Assembly: GCA_042408215.1 (NCBI GenBank)
Contig: JAYFMW010000029.1
Location: forward strand, 1 to 64,000
DNA length: 64,000 nucleotides
Source of the DNA: Microcoleus sp.
GTDB lineage: Bacteria; Cyanobacteriota; Cyanobacteriia; Cyanobacteriales; Microcoleaceae
Direction: 5' to 3'
Shown: one piece after another, positions 60,015 to 64,000 of the stretch
Layout of the letters: every line of letters begins with the position of its first letter
Position numbering within the stretch: the stretch's first letter is position 1
The notes under the pieces: model-generated
The model's input: only the letters and a program-made list of their open reading frames with translations
Databases searched by the model: none
What the model was told of the DNA's origin: nothing
Translations under genes and position numbers: made by a program

Positions 60015-60419
60015 CTAACGCCTGTAAGCTAGCCATACCATCAGAGCCGGCAGCATTGCTAGCAGCAAGGCTAGCATTGCCCACAGAATAATATTCGGGC
60101 CTGGTGAGAGCAGGGCCAGCGGCAACCAAATCATTAGCGGCACCAAAATCATGCCGAGAGTCAAGGGCAAATAGTCCGCCCTCCAACCTCGATTCGCTCT
60201 GTTCCACTGTTGACCTGTCCACCGCCAAGCCTGCTTGTAAGGATAGTTTGTGGATAGTTGCTCGATGACGTGTCCGCTTTCGTCCAATACAAATATTTGC
60301 TGACAGCGATTGCAGCCAAAGGCTTCTGTCAGTACGATCGGTACGAGGCGACCCCGACGTCGGCAAGGGCAGGGGTAATCACCGTTTAAGTCGATCTTTG
60401 GAGCTTTTTGAGATGGCAC
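60015..60419 (-). CDS. Conserved Zn-ribbon membrane protein (start uncertain)
   Basis: YPCPCRRRG.L.PI.LTEAFGC..C; two C-terminal TM helices. Confidence 0.75.
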   Translation of the reverse strand: MPSQKAPKIDLNGDYPCPCRRRGRLVPIVLTEAFGCNRCQQIFVLDESGHVIEQLSTNYPYKQAWRWTGQQWNRANRGWRADYLPLTLGMILVPLMIWLPLALLSPGPNIILWAMLALLLAMLPALMVWLAYRR

Positions 60420-61116
60420 GGGATATCCGATAACAAAAGCGTTTTTACAAAAATAATCTTTAAGATATCCTTCAATCTTACATCTTGCACCTCTGTCAGC
60501 AACAGGCTTTCCGGCCTGTTCCACCAAGAGTGAATTTTATAGTGGAACAGGCATCCTGCCTATTCTTGAGCATAATGCAAGATATCAGTTCGATCGAACT
60601 TGTCAACTCGCCGCTTCTAAAAATCTACAGAAATCTGTAGGTCAAACTTAGCGGTTTATGTTTAGCCCTTAGCAAGTGCTATAAGCTTCCCGATTGCTCA
60701 GGTTGGCCTGCTCTTCCCAGTTAGAGACTGCCTTGATTTAGCAGAGGACTTAAAATATTTGGTTTTTTGATGATTAGTTTGTGCCAAGTGTGTTGCTGTG
60801 GTTTTCACACCAAGTAAGCTTTAACAACCCGCACTAATCAAGCGTTTCTCAAGTTTATCACGATTGTTGTGAAAGTCGTCAAGATCTGAAAAAATCTAGA
60901 TAATTCTAGATTTTTAGGCTGCTGTTTTAAACCCCTAAGCAGGCTTTCAACTGCCTGTTCCGAGCCTTCGCTCTATCGGCACTATGTTGTCGAAGAGTGA
61001 GTTGCGAGTTCCGTCATTAATTTTACCATAAACTGAGGTATTATCACCAAATGTTGGCGACATAGCACAGATTTTTTTGGGCTTTGTCAGATTAACTAAA
61101 TTACTTAATCTTTAAA

Positions 61117-61188
61117 AGCGGGTGACGCGATTCGAACGCGCGACATTCACCTTGGCAAGGTGACGCTCTACCACTGAGCCACACCCGC
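61117..61188 (-). tRNA. tRNA-Gly (GCC)
   Basis: Reverse complement GCGGGTGTGGCTCAGTGGTAGAGCGTCACCTTGCCAAGGTGAATGTCGCGCGTTCGAATCGCGTCACCCGCT; anticodon GCC. Confidence 0.97.
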
Positions 61189-61404
61189 ATTTCCTGCGGT
61201 CTTAACTATAATGCCTTAACTATCTGATTTTGTCAAGTCTTTTTCATAAATTTTTTTCAGAAACTCAGCCCAGGGCGATCGGGCCACTACCCATCTCACG
61301 TTTTCGGAGCCGGATTATTAACTAAATCAGTAATTGCCATAGTTTTGACAGCCAGCAGCCGACAACGGAGCTACAATCAGACTGGAATTTGGGGGAACAC
61401 TGAT

Positions 61405-61545
61405 ATGTCAGACTTAAATCGCGGAATCATGAAGTTCAAGGGAGCTGACAGCCCCATCGCGATCGCCATTTCAGCGATCGTGATTGCGGGCGGGATCGGC
61501 TTTCTGATCTGGTGGGCACTACAATCAGCCTACGCCTTAAGCTAA
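61405..61545 (+). CDS. Small conserved cyanobacterial membrane protein (46 aa)
   Basis: MSDLNRGIMKFKGADSP + one TM helix + WALQSAY; GGGGG RBS. Confidence 0.75.
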   Translation: MSDLNRGIMKFKGADSPIAIAISAIVIAGGIGFLIWWALQSAYALS

Positions 61546-62111
61546 CTTTCGCTAACAAACTGCGCTGAGGGCGGGTTGATCTCACTGATCTGTGTGCCCG
61601 CCGACATACTGGAAAAACCCGCTCCACTAACTAATGACAGATGACGTGAACAAACCTGACAGTCAAGGTCGTACCGTTAGACGGTAGGCTTCTTATTTCC
61701 TTTTTTGCTCATGCTTTTTATAGTGAGGTAGTTCCACCCCCACTTACTAATATTATAGGACAGGAAGGCAAGATCATCCCGAAATACAATTGTCGGGAGC
61801 CGTACCTCCGACCGACGCTTCTGGACATCCCTGCGGTAATTTATTCGGGGGTACTCCGTGCAAGCACTCCGATAAATCCCCCTCTAAATACACCGAGGGA
61901 CTTCCCGGCTGTTAGTTAATCTGACTTACCACTGAAAATTGCCATAAATCCCTCGGATGAGTCCTAGGAACGATCAAAGATTACTACCCGATCAACTACT
62001 TTTGTAGTGCATTTGTCAACAAGGCGCGCAGAGAGCCTAGTTTTGGATGCAAGGGTTAGCGCACAGTCAATGATTTGCTTATTTTTGCTAATGTATGCTA
62101 CTATTGGCTGC

Positions 62112-62687
62112 ATGGCATACGTCCCACTCAGAAAAGCAGTCGAATTTCTGGGATTGCATCCACATACCTTGAGAAAATATGCAGACGAAGGGAAAATCAA
62201 AAGCATCAAAAACGAAGCAGGGCAACGACTCTACGATGTCGAGTCTTACCAGCGCGGTGCAACTAGAGCTACCTTTGTTTGCTACTGTCGCGTCAGTTCT
62301 CCCAAGCAGCGAGACGACCTTGCTAGACAAGTTGACTTCATGCGACAGCAATACCCCGACGCCGAAATCACCCAAGATATCGGGTCGGGACTCAACTTTA
62401 AGCGAAAAGGATTGCAAGCCTTACTGGTCAGATTTATGCGCGGCGAACAGCTCACGATTGTTGTTGCCTGTCGCGACAGATTGTGCAGGTTCGGATTTGA
62501 ATTATTCGAGTTCATGGCCGGGCAGAACGGTGGACAAATCTTGGTTCTTGACCGAACTGTTCACTGCCCAGAAACCGAACTCACGAGCGATCTTCTTGCC
62601 ATCCTTCACGTCTTCGGTCGCAGAATGCACGGACTCAGAAGTTACAGCAAGAAGATCAAGGAAGATCCGGCTATTCCTAAATCCTGA
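62112..62687 (+). CDS. tnpA: IS607 transposase (MerR-like HTH + serine recombinase)
   Basis: LGLHPHTLRKYADEGKI HTH; YCRVSS..Q..DL.RQ; DIGSGLN.KRKGL; RDRL.RFG. Confidence 0.95.
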   Translation: MAYVPLRKAVEFLGLHPHTLRKYADEGKIKSIKNEAGQRLYDVESYQRGATRATFVCYCRVSSPKQRDDLARQVDFMRQQYPDAEITQDIGSGLNFKRKGLQALLVRFMRGEQLTIVVACRDRLCRFGFELFEFMAGQNGGQILVLDRTVHCPETELTSDLLAILHVFGRRMHGLRSYSKKIKEDPAIPKS

Positions 62688-63771
62688 GCAAAAAGCGTTA
62701 ATTAAGCAGTGGTTTGGAGTGAGTCGTTTTGTTTACAACACAACGATCAAATATCTCCAAGAACCAGACACAAAAGCTAGCTGGATGACAATCAAAACTG
62801 GAATACTCAACAGCTTGCCAGAATGGGCAAAACCTGTACCTTTCCAAATCAAATCGATTGCCATTAAAGATGCTTGCTCAACTGTGAAAGCAGCTAAACA
62901 GGGCTTCAAAAAAGACAGCCAAATCCGTAAATGTAAATTTCGCAGCAGGAAAGACACCAAGCAGTCTATCTATGCGCCGAAGTCGGCTATAAAAGATTGT
63001 GGTGTCTACCATTCAATTTTGGGCAAGTGTCAGGTAACAGAATCTTTGCCTAGAAATTTCAGTGATGGTAGGTTGACTCTCGCTTATGGCAAGTATTACC
63101 TAGTTGTTTCTGAAGAAGTGCAACAAGTTAAGACTGATAAACAAGGTCGGCTGGTTGCCTTAGATCCCGGTGTCCGCACGTTCATGACATTTTTCTCTGA
63201 AGATTCTTACGGCTGGTTAGGAAAAGATTCTAATTTGCACATCCAGAAACTGTGTTTCCGGTTGGATAAACTGGTATCAAAATCTTCTAAAGCTCCTAGT
63301 CGGCAGAAAAGAAGATTCAAGAAAGCAGCCAGTCGGCTTCGTTGCAAAATAAAGAATTTGGTCAAAGAATTACATCACAAAACAGCTAAGTTTTTAGTTG
63401 ATAATTTTGATGTGATTCTGCTACCAACTTTTGAAAGCTCCCAAATGGTGTCTAAGTCGCGCCGTAAGTTGAGAAACAAAACGGTGCGACAAATGTTGAC
63501 ATTGAGTCATTACGAGTTTAAGACTTTCTTGAAGTGGAAAGCTTGGGAAAGTTCAAAACTCGTAATTGATTGCAACGAAGCTTACACTTCAAAAACAGTT
63601 TCATGGACTGGCGAAATTGTCCAAAAACTAGGTGGCGCTAGGACTATTAAGTCGGCAGCCACTGGATTCAAGATGGATCGGGATCTAAATGGTGCTCGTG
63701 GGATTTTCACGGGCGAGGCATTGGTTGACACGCCTTTGTTGAGAGATTCTCTTAACTTATACGTTTGTTAG
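62179..63771 (+). CDS. tnpB: TnpB RNA-guided endonuclease, Fanzor-like clade (true start uncertain; ORF overlaps tnpA)
   Basis: WFGVSRFVYN HTH; RuvC ALDPGVRTF, ILLPTFE, NEAYTSKT, DRDLNGARGI. Confidence 0.9.
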   Translation: MQTKGKSKASKTKQGNDSTMSSLTSAVQLELPLFATVASVLPSSETTLLDKLTSCDSNTPTPKSPKISGRDSTLSEKDCKPYWSDLCAANSSRLLLPVATDCAGSDLNYSSSWPGRTVDKSWFLTELFTAQKPNSRAIFLPSFTSSVAECTDSEVTARRSRKIRLFLNPEQKALIKQWFGVSRFVYNTTIKYLQEPDTKASWMTIKTGILNSLPEWAKPVPFQIKSIAIKDACSTVKAAKQGFKKDSQIRKCKFRSRKDTKQSIYAPKSAIKDCGVYHSILGKCQVTESLPRNFSDGRLTLAYGKYYLVVSEEVQQVKTDKQGRLVALDPGVRTFMTFFSEDSYGWLGKDSNLHIQKLCFRLDKLVSKSSKAPSRQKRRFKKAASRLRCKIKNLVKELHHKTAKFLVDNFDVILLPTFESSQMVSKSRRKLRNKTVRQMLTLSHYEFKTFLKWKAWESSKLVIDCNEAYTSKTVSWTGEIVQKLGGARTIKSAATGFKMDRDLNGARGIFTGEALVDTPLLRDSLNLYVC

Positions 63772-64000
63772 CGTTTGTTAGCAAAAAAGTGTCGGTTGTA
63801 TCTCAACAGAAATTTATGGCAAGCTTTCGGGACATCTTAAAATACTACAGTCGCTACTGGAAAACTTCAGTTTTCAGCATAGGCGCATCCAGCGTTTTGG
63901 GACTAGCTGATTTGCTTGCGCCCTAGGCGATCGGTCAAATATTAAACCTATTGTCGGGTCAAACTACAGATATTCTGTTACCCAAAAACTCATAGCAGCG

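Larger units (their letters stand above)
62055..63795 (+). mobile_element. IS607-family insertion sequence (boundaries approximate)
   Basis: Serine-recombinase tnpA plus tnpB; GG dinucleotides at 62053-62054 and 63794-63795; subterminal TGCTA repeats (left) and CGTTTGTTAG x2 (right). Confidence 0.85.

Noticed and set aside
61640..62050. Possible structured ncRNA upstream of IS607
   Set aside because: It has some short stems, but I recognise no family motif and cannot support it without a covariance-model search.

Overview
This 64-kb window is chromosomal DNA from a filamentous cyanobacterium (Oscillatoriales, Microcoleus-like). The assignment rests on dense HIP1 GCGATCGC sites, many heptamer STRR tracts, and pipX/pipY/sepF and ycf66. 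(1) 1-7011 is the right part of a plasmid/satellite-like element integrated at the 3' end of tRNA-Gly(TCC). It carries a coupled operon of small unknown ORFs and a Zn-finger/TOPRIM/SF3 primase-helicase with a symmetric 8-iteron dyad inside the gene. It also carries an RHH/coiled-coil gene whose coding repeats copy its own promoter palindrome at the same 33-bp spacing, and putative integrase arm sites. (2) The housekeeping backbone includes uvrC, a NatFGH/Aap-type amino-acid ABC transporter, hspA, mlaE-DUF3119-DUF3086-plsY, der-ecfT-acpS-pipX-pipY-sepF-proC, nupC, ycf66, cobQ, serA, prmA, a thioredoxin, fabG, a divergent proA and tRNA-Gly(GCC). It is dotted with STRRs, REP-like hairpins and MITEs, several inserted in-frame in genes. 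(3) Accessory loci: an orphan toxin-CT/immunity-like pair; a deleted IS605-type tnpB relic; a ~1857-aa beta-propeller/lipase/nuclease gene broken at a G9 tract that converges on duplicated, face-diversified pentapeptide-repeat genes; and a complete IS607 whose TnpB has Fanzor-like RuvC motifs. All calls come from reading the sequence by eye; no database searches were run.
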